A DNA stretch of 64,000 nt from Antedon mediterranea (Eukaryota; Animalia; Echinodermata): the NCBI RefSeq assembly GCF_964355755.1, contig NC_092675.1, positions 30,724,912 through 30,788,911 of the forward strand. The letters are read 5' to 3'. The position numbers and the translations under genes are program-made. Below are positions 1 through 13,900 of the stretch, one piece after another; the first letter of the stretch is position 1; each line of letters starts with the position of its first letter. The notes below the pieces were generated by a model. The model worked only from the letters and a program-made list of their open reading frames with translations. It ran no database searches and had not been told where the DNA came from.

Positions 1-465
1 TTTTAAAGCTGCCTGAATCAAGAACTTATGAATATTCATAATGTATTTTAAAGCCATCTGAATTAAGGAATTTATGAATATTCATAATTTTATATTTTAA
101 AGCTGCCTGAATCAAGAACTTACGAATATTCATAATGTTATATTTTAAAGCCATCTGAATTAAGGAATTTATGAATATTCATAATTTTATATTTTAAAGC
201 TGCCTGAATCAAGAACTTATGAATATACACAATGTTGCATTATAAAGCCGTCTGAATTAATGAACTTATGAATATTCATAATGTTATATTATAAAGCTGC
301 CTGAATCAAAAACTTATGAATATTCATGTTGTATTTTAAAGCCATCTGAATTAAGGAACTTATGAATATTCATAATGTTATATTATAAAGCTGCCTGAAT
401 CAAGAAGAACTTATGAATATTCATGTTGTATTTTAACTGTCTGATTCAACTTATGAATATTCATA
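1..465. repeat. Minisatellite, ~48-bp monomers alternating as an A/B dimer
   Basis: Alternating 'aaagctgcctgaatcaagaacttatgaatattcat' and 'aaagccatctgaattaaggaa(t/c)ttatgaatattcat'; truncated by the window edge. Confidence 0.9.
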
Positions 466-963
466 GTTGGAAATGAAATTGATGGCATTTTTTTATCAAA
501 AATGTAAATCATAATTAATAAACATGTTTATGAAGATCATTAATGCATAAAGGTTACCAGAACATAATACATATTAACATATTTTAAAACAAAAGATTCC
601 TGCTGTATTTCATTTCATGTGTGTGTGTGTACACTAAGATGCAATGGTCTTAATTACATTCAGCTGATTATAATGCAATGGATATTTTCATACTTAGCAT
701 GACTGTGGATAATAATACAAAAAGAATAATATGGAAACATATCGCAGAAAGCGTAATGTCGGAAAACAATTCAAGAAGAGAAGCAGTAATGTTGAAAACA
801 AAGTACACTAAGTATGTTGATTGAATACTAACGCCAGCAGTGTATTGAAAGCGTTATGTTGGTATTACTAAACAAGAAACGTATTCAACAGCGTACGTTG
901 ACTTGCCATTTAAAGAGCAAGTAAATAGCGTGTTGTTCTAAAAGATGTTGTTACACAATGTGA

Positions 964-1262
964 AATAGATGCTGCATAGACAATGTGTTTAAAACAATTG
1001 CTAAATGACTAATGAATAGATGCTGCATAGACAATGTGTTTAAAACAATTGCTGACTAATGAATAGATGCTGCATAGAAAATGTGTTTAAAACAATTGCT
1101 AAATGACTAATGAATAGATGCTGCATAGACAATGTGTTTAAAACAATTGCTGACTAATGAATAGATGCTGCATAGAAAATGTGTTTAAAACAATTGCTAA
1201 ATGACTAATGAATAGATGCTGCATAGACAATGTGTTTAAAACAATTGCTAAATGACTAATGA
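964..1262. repeat. Minisatellite, 47/51-bp unit x ~6
   Basis: Unit aatagatgctgcatagacaatgtgtttaaaacaattgct(aaat)gactaatg. Confidence 0.9.
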
Positions 1263-1974
1263 AGAGAGAAACATGTAGAAACATCATAAAGGCAAATAGC
1301 AATATTATATTACCGTACATATTTTCATATTAACACAAAATATTTTTGTTTGAAATTAAATGTATGATATAATTATTTTTCAATTTATTTGTTTATTTAC
1401 CTACTTTGTCCCATGACACATTGATAGATAATAAATAAATTATAACTATTTCATGGACATATAAAGTTTTACAGCCACAAATGAAGGTTTCACACTATTT
1501 TATTGATAATTTAGTGAACATCCTACAATGTTTTGGAGCGCGCTCTCCAGTGAGTTCACATTTTGAAACCTCTTAATAATAGTTCATTTTTATATAGCAC
1601 ATATAGGCAAGATCTCAATGTGCTGCACATTATTACCCCAGTCATTTTTTGGATCATACACAGAACAGTTGGAAAATCACGTAAAATAGACATTGTTATT
1701 TTGGAGTATATATAACAATGTTTAAAAAGTAAATTAATACATAATTTGATGGTGGGGGGTAAATATAATCTTATTTGTCATCTCATAGCAGTCTATAAGT
1801 TATCTTTACACAATTCTTTATGATAAACGGGTATAAGCTGTGTCTAATTATTTATCGACCTGTTACATAGCTGTTCGTTGATTAGAATACTATTTAACAG
1901 TTGAATAAGAAGAACTAACCAACACCACGAAATCAACCAATCATGAATAATAATGTTGAAAGAAATATACTTAC

Positions 1975-4900
1975 TCAATGAGTATCCAAATTGGTCTTCA
2001 TCACCTTCCTCATTATCACATTCATCAGTTCCAGCTTCACCAGCTAGCTCAAGCTAATGCAATCAAATAACATGCAGACAATATTACACAACATTGTTTT
2101 ATGCTAATCATATATATACAGTTGAAGTCAGATTTCACATAGCTACTGTACCTACATTTATTTATTTAGAGTTGGAGCTTTAATACAGGATGCATGTAAA
2201 TAAACTCACTGACACTACAACTACTAATGCTTTTTACTAAACACAAATCAATTTACAACCTTTTCACTATACGTTAAAACTAAAAAGAGCAGTGATTGCT
2301 AATTATACATGTTTTTATTTTTTTATGTATTTGTCTGAATACAGTAGCCTTGTTTTTTGTGGTTTTTTTTTTGGTATCGTGTTGTCACTTAATGTTTTAT
2401 TGGAAAAGGTTTTTGAAAGGTTTTCAGTAAACACTGAATACATTGATAGAAATAAATAATATGGCAATCATAGCGCTTACTTAAACCTTCTAAGCACTTG
2501 TCATTAACACTCTGTCATTGGATGAAACATGTATGAACAGCTCCCTCTAATGCAACTAGTAATGAGCGCAATTGTTTTTCACCCTACCTACTAGGTACCA
2601 ATTTACCACCATACACATATTTATTTATAAATGTCTAGCCTATCTTTAATAAAGATTATCTTTAAATATCTTTGAATATCTTTTATAAAGAGAACATGTA
2701 TAATCTGTGCAAAATAATAATAAGTGTCTAAGGACACAAGCTATTTTGTTTTGTACCCAAAAAAGACTAAGTATAACAAATGTGTTTGGCTCTATGGAGC
2801 AAGCAAGTAGGATGACAGAAGACAGGAGATGGTTTCAGAATACTGTTAGAGAAGCTACGCTCTAATCAGAGTTTGCTTTGACGACGACGACTGTCTACAA
2901 ACAGTTTTCAAAAAGAGACAAACATAGGAAAGAAAGATTTGAGCTCTTACAGTACTTTGTATTAACTCTTCAAACAGCAAAATGGAATCAGAGTCCAAAT
3001 ACTTTGTCTAAAAGGTCATTTACTGTACTAAAAGGTCATTCCTTAATGAACTTGTCATTGATGTTTAAGAAAAAAATATTATTTATTTCAGTATAAATCA
3101 TTTTTAATAAAAGCTAACTATGATTGTGAATATTGGTTCCCAAAGCTTGAAATAGGACACAAATAAACAGTTGTGTTTTAATTCAAGAAATTGTTTTCTT
3201 CTTCTTTCTTCTTCCCAAAAGTAGAACAAAATTAATATCTTAATTTATATCAATTGTACTCCTTTTTAGAAGTAAAAATAATATATATATTTAAGCGAAC
3301 AGCGTTTTTTGTAAGAAATATTTCTTGTTTAAATTTATTTTAAAGTAATATTTTATTACTTTGTTGATTAATAAAACATATTTATTATTGTGCATGATTA
3401 GTGTTTCTGTTTCAAATGTCTACTTGTTTGTCTAAAATAATAATATGACCATAATGATTATAATTTTTAATAACTAGTCAATTATAGTCTGAAGAATGAA
3501 TTGTTAATTGTTTAGTTTGTTGACTACTAAATCAAAGAGCGTGGGTAGATAGCAGACATAATTGAACAGACTGCACACTATTCTATCCTAAAAATGCATT
3601 CATTTTAATTAAGTTTATTTTTAAATGGTTTTTATTTGGAGAAAAATATTCAGTTGTGTCCACCCAAACCATGGTTTTGTCTAATTTGAAGGAGCAGGTA
3701 CAGAATTGTTAACAGATAGTAGATCATCCTAGCTAGCTATGGTATATTTGTCTTTAATTGAAGGGGTCTTCAATTGAAAGGGGAGATTATATAATCTTTA
3801 ATTGAGAGAGACCTCTTGTATTCAACTTTTGTTTGTTTTGTTTGTTTGTTTGTTTGTTTATTAGTTTCTCCACACATTTTAAAATAAAAGATAAAAATTA
3901 CAAATTGCAAAAAGAAAATTACAATAAACAAGAAAAACATCAAAAAAGTGCGGATGGAGATCAAAATAAATTGCGGACAACTTTAAGTCGTGACCACCAG
4001 TTAAAAAAAAAAAAATAATAATAATAATAATGAAGGTGTACAATAGCAGTCCGGCTTACATTAAAAATACAGAAGCTTAAATTGCTAAGACAATAGTACA
4101 ATTACAAGATGAACAATATGATAAGGTATTCAATTCAATTAAGCGAAGAAGAAAGGAAAACAAGAAGAACAAGAACAGAGGAAAACAAGAAGAACAAGAA
4201 CAGGAGATTTAGCTGCCATATGCTGCAACCAAAGACTTTTTTAGGTTAGATTTGAACAAAGGTAGATTAGGAAGAGATTTTAATGAAATACTTAATAAAT
4301 TCCATAGTTTTGGACCATTATAAAAAATTGATTTTCTTCTTAAATGAAAAGTATGCTTCAATACAAGTCATCATAATATATACCTTCCTTTTTCTCTTAA
4401 TTCTTTTATAATTTTATTTGTTTTAATTTTCACTCTCCAAGATTTTAGTGAGTAAAATATTTATTGTTTGACAAGAGAGGCTGAAATTGTTGTAAGCTTT
4501 GTGAAAGGTGTACTACAATGCTTATGGCTACTGTAATGTCTGTGTTAAACGTAAACGTAAACTTTATTGAACAAACGGTTTTGTATCAGCAGCACACGTT
4601 TATAACGCAATCGAAAAACAAAAAGTATGAAATCTTAATTGCCAGAAAATCAAAATCAGTCTTATTCATTTCCTTTTAATAAAAAAGACGAATTAATATA
4701 TGTGCAACTCACCTGGCCTGGTTTGCGGGGAAGTGTACCAGACTGGACCAAAACAGCAGTTACCTCATTAGCCTCTACTATTATGTCCTCCTAAAGAATA
4801 ACAAGAATAATTTGAGTTAAATATTCAAATTACATTGATAGCCACTCAGCTTTGTACGATACAATGTTTAAAAAAAATTAAAGCCTTCTTATCCCTTTTC

Positions 4901-7900
4901 TATACTTTAGCAACAACTTAAAAAATACATGCATACAGGTCAAAGGTTAAACAAATTACATGTCATCATGCATCATGCGATAACTAATAGCAACAGTCTC
5001 CACGGATACATCAAATGTGCAACTGTTTTTTACTTGCCATTCAGCCTTAACAACACTACGCGACGACGACGACGTTGCTTTCTAACTAAAAACACCATAC
5101 AATACATGTAAATTAAACTACTCTCAAAACGAGGTGGTGAATCAGTATTTACACATTATCAAGTTATTCCATGTTTTATTTAGTAGATTTATTCATTTTA
5201 CTTTGTACTGTCAGTATTCAGCCAAATACTCTGGTATGATTGAATTATGATAACTAATAAATATTTCTACAAATGAATATTCACATTTAAGGCTTCATTT
5301 AAATCCCACTTGTAATAATTATACTAACATTGTAAAGCCTGTATTATGACTATTATGTCAATGATCTATTTCACATTTATTGTGGATTTTAAATGATTTA
5401 GAGGTTATTAAAAGACTTATCTAAAATAACATCCGACCCAGACACCGACTAAATTAAGAAAAATAAAATGAGATGAATTTCAGAGTAAACCAGATAAACA
5501 CTCATATCTAATTTATTCATATTTATAAATAACAAAATATTCAGTTGGTCAGGTGTAGTCCCATGGGGCAGCAGTTTGGTCCAACCTTGTTGGTGGTAGA
5601 AACACTTATTTCAATACCCTACTCAAAGAAGTTTTGTGGATGTTGTTTTTTTATAGAAGGTTGTACCAGAACAATGATTTGCATTTGACAAAAACAAACA
5701 TAATATGAATTTGGAACTAATTTAAGCCCACAATGCATCAGTTTTATAGTATAGATGAAGTAGATTAATATCCAGTAAATGCAAATGCTTTTAAAACAAA
5801 ACTTAAATATGCAAATAACATTGCATGCTTAATGAGGGTCCCTGGGGTTTGCATGTCTAATGGGGGTCCCTGGGGATTCTTTATGGGATTTCGAGACTAC
5901 TCCCAAATACTATTAAATGTTTATATTTTACATGTTGTTGTCTGTTTCAACCGTGGACGGAAATAAATAAAATGCGTAATATCAATATGGTATGTTCCTG
6001 CACGTAAAAATGACATTTGTCACATTATGCGTAGATTATTAATGTACACACGCGCAATAAATGACATTTGTCACATTATGCGTAGATTATTAATGTACAC
6101 ACGCGCAATAAATGACATTTGTCACATTATGCGTAGATTATTAATGTACACACGCGCAATAAATGACATTTGTCACATTATGCGTAGATTATTAATGTAC
6201 ACACGCGCAATAAATGCAGTGATACCAAATTTGCATAATATTATACAGTGTTTATAAATCCATCTATCACACATGAATATTGGTATCATATTGATATCAT
6301 AAAATAAACACACACATCATAGTAATTAAAGCAATTTAAAGACAGAAAATATCTCTTTGCAGAGTAGGTTACGAGTTAATCTGTTTCAATGCAAGGTGAT
6401 AATTATGTGGGACGGCAGGAATGAAAAGCAAGAAAAATAATTAAAAATATTCAAAAACAAACGATTATTCATAGCTACAGACAACATAAAACCCAAGAAC
6501 CAGATATACATGTTTCTACAAAAAAGGCAATAAAACACATGCAGTTAAATAGAAAAGAAACATCTTAGTTTATGCATGCTTTAACAATAAAAGCACAACT
6601 ACTAGATACTAAGTTAAAAGTTAAAGCAGTGGGATGCAGTAATAGAAGTAAGCTAGCCCACTCACCACCTATTAATAGACTGTGCATGGTCCCCTGTAGT
6701 CAACTGCATCCAATGGTGGGTGGTGGCTAAATATAGACTTGCTCAATCATCAGACATGAAGCATACAATTGAAGGTGAAAGAACTATATATCTGAGCCCT
6801 AATGTAGTGCCTGTTACATTGTGGAATATGTGGTCTATAGAACCCTAAATGTAGTGGAATGTGTGCTCATTTTGTGTCAGGTCTGTGTGTGAAATCATGG
6901 AAATTAAATTCTTGGAGAGGGTAGAGTTACCCTATGGCTCTCCACAGTGCAGCATTGGATGGATGTCAAACCCACCACCTATTATGATGATGACATCTCA
7001 TCATATATAAAGCCTGTATTTGTGTGCTGTTTGCATGCCATCTTGCCACTGCAGCAAAGCATTTGTAAATGAAAGTAGTTTTCATGATGTGACAGGTTGA
7101 TGTGACTGATAATCACCAGTTTAATACTTGTTTGTATCAATTAACTTAACATTAATGTCATATTTAAAATATTGTTCTCATACGCAATGATACTGTATAA
7201 ATGGAATTTAATTATCATTATTTTGTAAAATCATTTTGTAGATTTTTTTTCCAGTACTTATTTTAAATAGATGTGTGTTTTCTCCATTCAGATAATGTTT
7301 AGCTTTATACTTATTTAATTATTTTTGTAATCTGGGTAACCTAGAAAATTTCAAAGGTAGATAAGACGACCGTTGACCTTTATCTTGCCCGAGAGAAAGT
7401 AAGACAAAGTAAAGCAGAGAAAAAAGCCAAGAAGTCTAGAGACAAAGACAAGTTTCAATCTAGTATTATTATTATTGTCCAATTGAAGTAAAAAGATGTA
7501 AAATATTCCAAAAAATGGTATAAGAAATAACTTAAGTAAAAATAAGTAATATAATAAATTAGCTGATGTCAGACATGAACTACACAAACCGCACAATTTA
7601 ATTAGTGATTCTTAAAAAAGTATATTTTTTTGTAATAACTATTTTCACATTCAACGTTTGCATATTTAATCATAAAAATAACAAATAAACTACAATTCTA
7701 ATAAAATGTTGATTTGTTATTATAAACAAAATGAAAACACTGTAGTGCTGAAAGGCATTAAGATAAGTGGGCTGACTAACAAGTTAATTTGGTTAATTGA
7801 TTTTAAATTGATTAGGAATGATGAACTGTTAACATAGTGTCACTGTTTCATCAATATATAAAGTAAGCCGTAATCCTTAAGCATACTGCATTATGATTGA

Positions 7901-10900
7901 GGAGGAGAGCAAAGGGTACACGCACTAAATAAATGAATGGTAGTAATCAACATGTAGAATAATTAATTGATGAAAGAAAATAATTTTTTTAAAGCAGCCA
8001 AGCTTTTTATCCTGTTGCTATAATGAATTATTTTGAATTATTTTTTGATTTCTTTTTTCTAAAATGTGTTTATTTGATGTGTCATGCTATTAATGAACAA
8101 CGTGAACCTAAGCCACAGCAATGCAATGCATGCAGTACAATCAGTTAACAAATAGAATACTAAACAACATTTAAAATCATAAAACATGCTAAATAAAGTA
8201 TGTTTAACATTCTTAAATAAAACATGAGTATGAACTAAAAAAAGAATATAACAACATGAATGTGTGTTTGTTTATTTAGTAGAATCAGCATTTACAATGT
8301 TTAAACTTTGTATATTTTATATATCTTACAGCAGAATGTATGAAGGTAAATTGAATGAATTGAATTGAGAATAATTAGGCATAAAACAAATTGTTGCCCA
8401 AGCCGAAACAAACACAGAATTTTAGAAAACTGAGCACCCTCTTTGTCTTATTAGTACATAGTAAGCAAGTATCAGTTAAAGAAAGCAAAATGTACCAAAA
8501 TGGCTGATTCAAATTATATTTTTTTTATAGGCTTTACTCTTTTTTAACTACATAACTAAAAATGATCATTTTATAAGATTTTCAAAGTGGTGCAAAAAAA
8601 AAAAGCTAATTTACTGTAAATTATTCAATATAGTGATAAATCAAGGCTGCAATTGGGCGGATAAAATGGACGGGTTCAATTGGACATACTTTGGACAAAA
8701 TGGACAGGTTCAAATGGACATACATTGGACAAAATGGAAAGGCTTTTTGGTTGTCAAGGTTATATGTTTCAATATTGATACTCCTAATTGTCAAAGTGTA
8801 CTGCATAATATACTGCATTTGTCTAACTAAAAAAAACAGAAGTGTAAAAATACTAATTATCATAAATACAAATGCACATCATAATTCTAGATATCACCTC
8901 GGTCATCATCTAAAAATAAATCCTTTCTTTTAATAAACCCGACCTAATTTAGATTCTAGATTGATCAAAACTGATTAATTATTGTCTTTTTTTTCAATCC
9001 CCAATCATTCTTACATTCTATATGGTATACAGTACAGAATTTGATTGATATGGTTTAAATTAGACTGAGTTCCAGTTGAAGTACCTCCTAGTAATACTTT
9101 TCACACTTTTATACATGTCAAAGGAGAAGCAGTTAAGTAACACATCAAATAATGTACACTAGCTAGATGCATCTTATATTTGTATAAACAGAATTAAATA
9201 TGAGTAATTTACCATTTAATTCAAGATGCATTTTTACTAAAAAAGTATAATAGTATATCATATTAAACCTGAATCAACCCATGTAGGGTATGAGGTCCTT
9301 GTGCGTGAATTGCACCGTGTTTTTACTACCCAATATTCAAAGGTGGTCTCATAAAAACAGCGTACTGTACAATAACAAATTCAGCATACACAAAGCAGTT
9401 GGTAAAATAGTTGTACAGTATTTGGGCCATGAATGACAAAACATAATATCGGGGGACTGCTTGCTTAGGTTTTTATTGCTATGTATTGTATAAAGGGTAA
9501 ATTTCTTAAATGTGTTAGTGTTCTTCACAGATTATACTACCATATACCTTATGTCTGGCAAGAAAATGCATGTGACGTCATAATATTTGACGAAGAACAA
9601 TAAACAGTATGTTTTATCGCTGCACTCAAGACAATTAATTGAAATAACTATAATATTGTCTTTTCTCACAAATGACGCATTATTAAAATGGTATAGTATT
9701 ATTATATAAACAGCATTATATTAACAAGCTTTGCTTTAACAATGTGTTATATAATTAAAACATTTAATGACATCAACACAATATTGCACTGCCTATACAA
9801 TGTATCGCCACAATGTAATTTAATTCATTAAGTAACATTTATATAACTACTTAAAAAGAAGACTTGAGGTCAAAGGTTAAGTATTATAAGTGTGGTGGAT
9901 TCTTACCCCAACAGGTAAACTCTGGATAAGGAACTGCACTGGATTTGATGTCTTGCGTATTATGTCAACAGCTTCTTCATGAGTGGCTTTTCGGAGGTCA
10001 ATGCCATTTACCTTGGAATCAGAAACACCATTTTAAATTAGCGTTTTTATTCTAATGCATTCATTTACATATATTTAGTCATCCTTTGTAACTTTACAAT
10101 TACAATATATTCTGCATTTAAGTAGTTTACAATTCTGTTTTTGCAGGACACTTTTACATAAAACATAAAAATAAAAAACATAAATAAAATAAAAGTGAGG
10201 AAAAAATGAAAAAAAATCTTCAATATATTAGAGTAGAAACCTATTCAGGGGTCACCTTTAGGGCTCAAAAAAGTGACCCCTTAATAGGGGGTGTCCCGTA
10301 ATCAGGATCAGAAATGTGTCGGTACAGGTGTGAAAGACCCTTTACTTTATATGACATAATAGGCAGTTACCTGAAGGATTCTGTCTCCAGTTTGAAGGCT
10401 ACCATTCCTACCAGCAGGACTACCATCAAGAATGTGCTTTATATAGATACCTTGTTGCTCAGCAGTTCGACCTGTTAACACAAATTTGTATCTCTTATTT
10501 CACAAGATATCTTTCATTCATTTTTTTATTTTTTATATACTTGAGTTAATACTAATCAAAATGTATCTCAAATGGAAGTTATCTATTTGACAATATCTTA
10601 AAAGATAAAATTATATTAAACTATAATAAAAATATGCTTACCTCCAATAATGCTAATACCTAGACTTTTATGAGGTTCTTTTAGTAATTCCACCATTCGC
10701 GGTGGTGGCACATCAGCTTTTGCTGCTGCATCTCCGATCTGCTTCCTTGGAGCTACTGGTGAACGTGATGATGCAAGAGCAGCAACTTTTACCGTTTCCG
10801 TTTCGATGGTTGTGATTGGTTTAGCGAATTCCAATGTAGCAGTATCTGGTTCGTCATTAGATTGTTTTTTCTGAGCATTTGCAAATGCGTCTGGGTTTGC

Positions 10901-13900
10901 TCGAAACGCTGTGGCATCACTGGCAGAAATGTAGTTGATACTGTGAATAAAAATGTTATCCATTACAAATAGAAACATTTTGTAATGAAAGTAACATTTT
11001 TCCATTATTATATTCTTTTCAGAAGCACTGTTAAAACTAATTTTCTAAAAATTATCATTTAGGTATTGTTTTGCCAATCAAATTTATTGTCATTCTTGGA
11101 AAAATCAGTCTGTCAATACATGTTGTTTTTTTAATTTAAAACAATATTGTTTCATTTTATTTAAATTTTATGTAAGCTTTCTATAAATAAAACCTCACTT
11201 GATATCATTACTGGCCATGGAGCATTTTCTGAGAACACTGCGTGCAGTAGCGTTGTTCAAGTTGCGCATGGTTTCACCATTAACAGCTGTGATGTAATCA
11301 CCGATACCAATGCGGCCATCTTGATGCACTATACCTCCACGTATTATACTCTTTACTATTACTCCATTGCTCTTATCAGCATTCACAGTTAGCCCTGTAG
11401 GTAACAACAACACATTGAAAACCATAAAATATTAATATACTATATACAACCATCACTTTAAATTAACTATTATCGTACATATGATTCGTGTTTAACTCAG
11501 TATTTGTATGTATATTTACTTCCTTTTGAATCTATGTACTGTATTGTTGTGAACAAGCTTTCGTTTCGGGAGGACGGTAGACAAAGGAGTAAATTGTAAT
11601 TTATACAAAATATAAATCTGTGCATATGTAGACATCTGTTCTATTTAACATTTGTCCTCCATCTATTGTCCTGAAACAAAAGCTTGTTGTTTCTTATTAT
11701 AAATAAACTTATGTAATTCATTCTGAATAATTGGATTATGTAGTACAGTGTAATTGCAAACATATACTTATTATATTAAGTATGTCATGGAGGTATTATA
11801 CCTCCATGAGTATGTATATGCTGAGTTATAGACAGAAAGCCATCCACTAGCATACCAAATAAGGCAACCACCATTACTGATATCATGCTAAACGTAAATA
11901 TTCAACAAAAGTAATAAAAAAGAAAAGGGTTTAAAACAAACACAATACTATTAAACATCAAAATAATAAAAAAAACTAATAATATATAAAATATATGATG
12001 TTCTATTAATATTGACAAATAATGAAGTTTGTTTTTTAACATAAATAAGTATTATCTGTTGATAAGTACATTATGAATATGAAACAACAAAGATGACAAA
12101 ATTAGCAAGAGTGATAATGAAGCATTGAACAGAAACTTGAACTTGGAATGTAATGACACTTCTACCATCAGACCAGTGAGGTTCTCATGGTATCATTAAG
12201 TATTTTTCTCACTCTTGGTGTGGTATGGTCAGTGAAAATAGGAATATTGGTTTGAATGTCAGTTGGAGGAACTTGTTCAATCCTGTAGACATCATAAAAA
12301 CAACAACTATAAAGCTATGCACACTAAACTAACTTATCTGTTGATACTATTCTATCCAGGAACTAATATAGCAATAACAATAATAATATCAGTCAACCCT
12401 CTTAAAACTTATGCAGACATAAAACGTCTGGTTTTCACACAAAAAAAAAGAAGTGATTTCCAGAGTTTAATTTGTACCTAATAAAGACTTTTAACAACAG
12501 AAAAGTCTTGTTTTTGAAGATTTTCTATATTGAGGAAGTTTAAGGAGAGTTGACTATCAAGAGGTGTAACAGTTACAGAGTTTAGCAAGATAGGAGCTAA
12601 TTGGTCAGATGACATAATTGTACCATATACTTTGTACATTGAGTGAAACATCTGACCAACTTAGCTCTGACACAAGGCTACTCTGTAGTAATTTTAGCAG
12701 TTAAACTAAAGAAGTCAACATCCTAAACTATGCCAACTGATCATTGTTAAAACCAGCTTTTTGAATGGCTTAATTTTTTATCCACAATATTTAAGTTAGA
12801 TTTAAACTAGATGGCAATAAAAACTGTATGCACTGTACCATCAACGTCTACATTTGACTAGCAATTGCCAAAAATATTTACTGAAATCTACAAAAGCTTG
12901 GTTCCCAGGATGTAAACACACCATATGTAATTTGACCAATCATAGGTGATAGTCACCTGAGCTGTCACCTGTGATTGGTCAACTCACTTATGTTGCGTTT
13001 ATGTCTAAGTAGGAAACAAGCTTTAAGAAAATATTGTAGAAAAAGCAACATATAAAAGAACATTTAAAAGAGATGAAACTAACACCATCAAAACTATGTA
13101 TAACTCTATTTATAACCTATGGATTTGTTCACAATAAAACTATTAAATAAAGTAAGAACTAAACTGAGTTTAATAAAACAGAAACAAAATATGTAAAAAG
13201 ATAAGAAAAGAAGTTAAAGAAATTATGAGATTTAGTTACCTCTATCACGCTCAACGACTAAGCCTAATGGTCAAATAGAACGAAACAAAAAAAGTAACAA
13301 AAGAAAAACAAATGAACAAAAAATAAATTAAGGTACACTCAGTGCAATATCAGGTTTCACAATCATGACTAACTTGTTAATGTTTCAGTTCATACTGTGT
13401 AGAAATATGAATAAGTGTAAAACCTTGAAAAAACAAAACCCAAAAATTACCCTAAAAAAGTAACTCCTCGTCAAGTTGCAAATTAATTTTGAAAAGAAAC
13501 CCAACTCAAAAAAAAAAAGATTTTGAACAGAGAATCATTCCAAACATTTTTATAAAAAGAAGCCCATGGGCTTGTTTTCAAGGTTTTACAGTGATGAATT
13601 TGAGCAAGACGATAGTTGTATGGAATGACTTACCTTTACCATTACCTATGGTTCTACTTTGGAAACTGAATAGCTTACCTAAGCCAGCGTTGCCTTTCTT
13701 TAAGATTATATTAGTCTCCAAGAAGCTGGGTAGAACAGAACTTTCTCGTCGAAGACTCGATGCGGATGACAGAGGTATCAGGTTCGGTGGTTTATTACTC
13801 ACTGGTTCTTTGACAATTACCTCAGCCTCTTTGATGAGGTTTGGACCTGCAGCCACACTGACAACTGGTGCATGTGTCTACATATAAAACATATAAAGTT

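Noticed and set aside
2780-2940. Strong minus-strand acceptor followed by [10 protein letters not shown]
   Set aside because: It is short, overlaps a (GAC)n motif also seen at ~5060, and nothing else supports a terminal exon.
6027-6257. Repetitive ORFs here, at 1138-1320 and at 37956-38202
   Set aside because: They are minisatellite translations.
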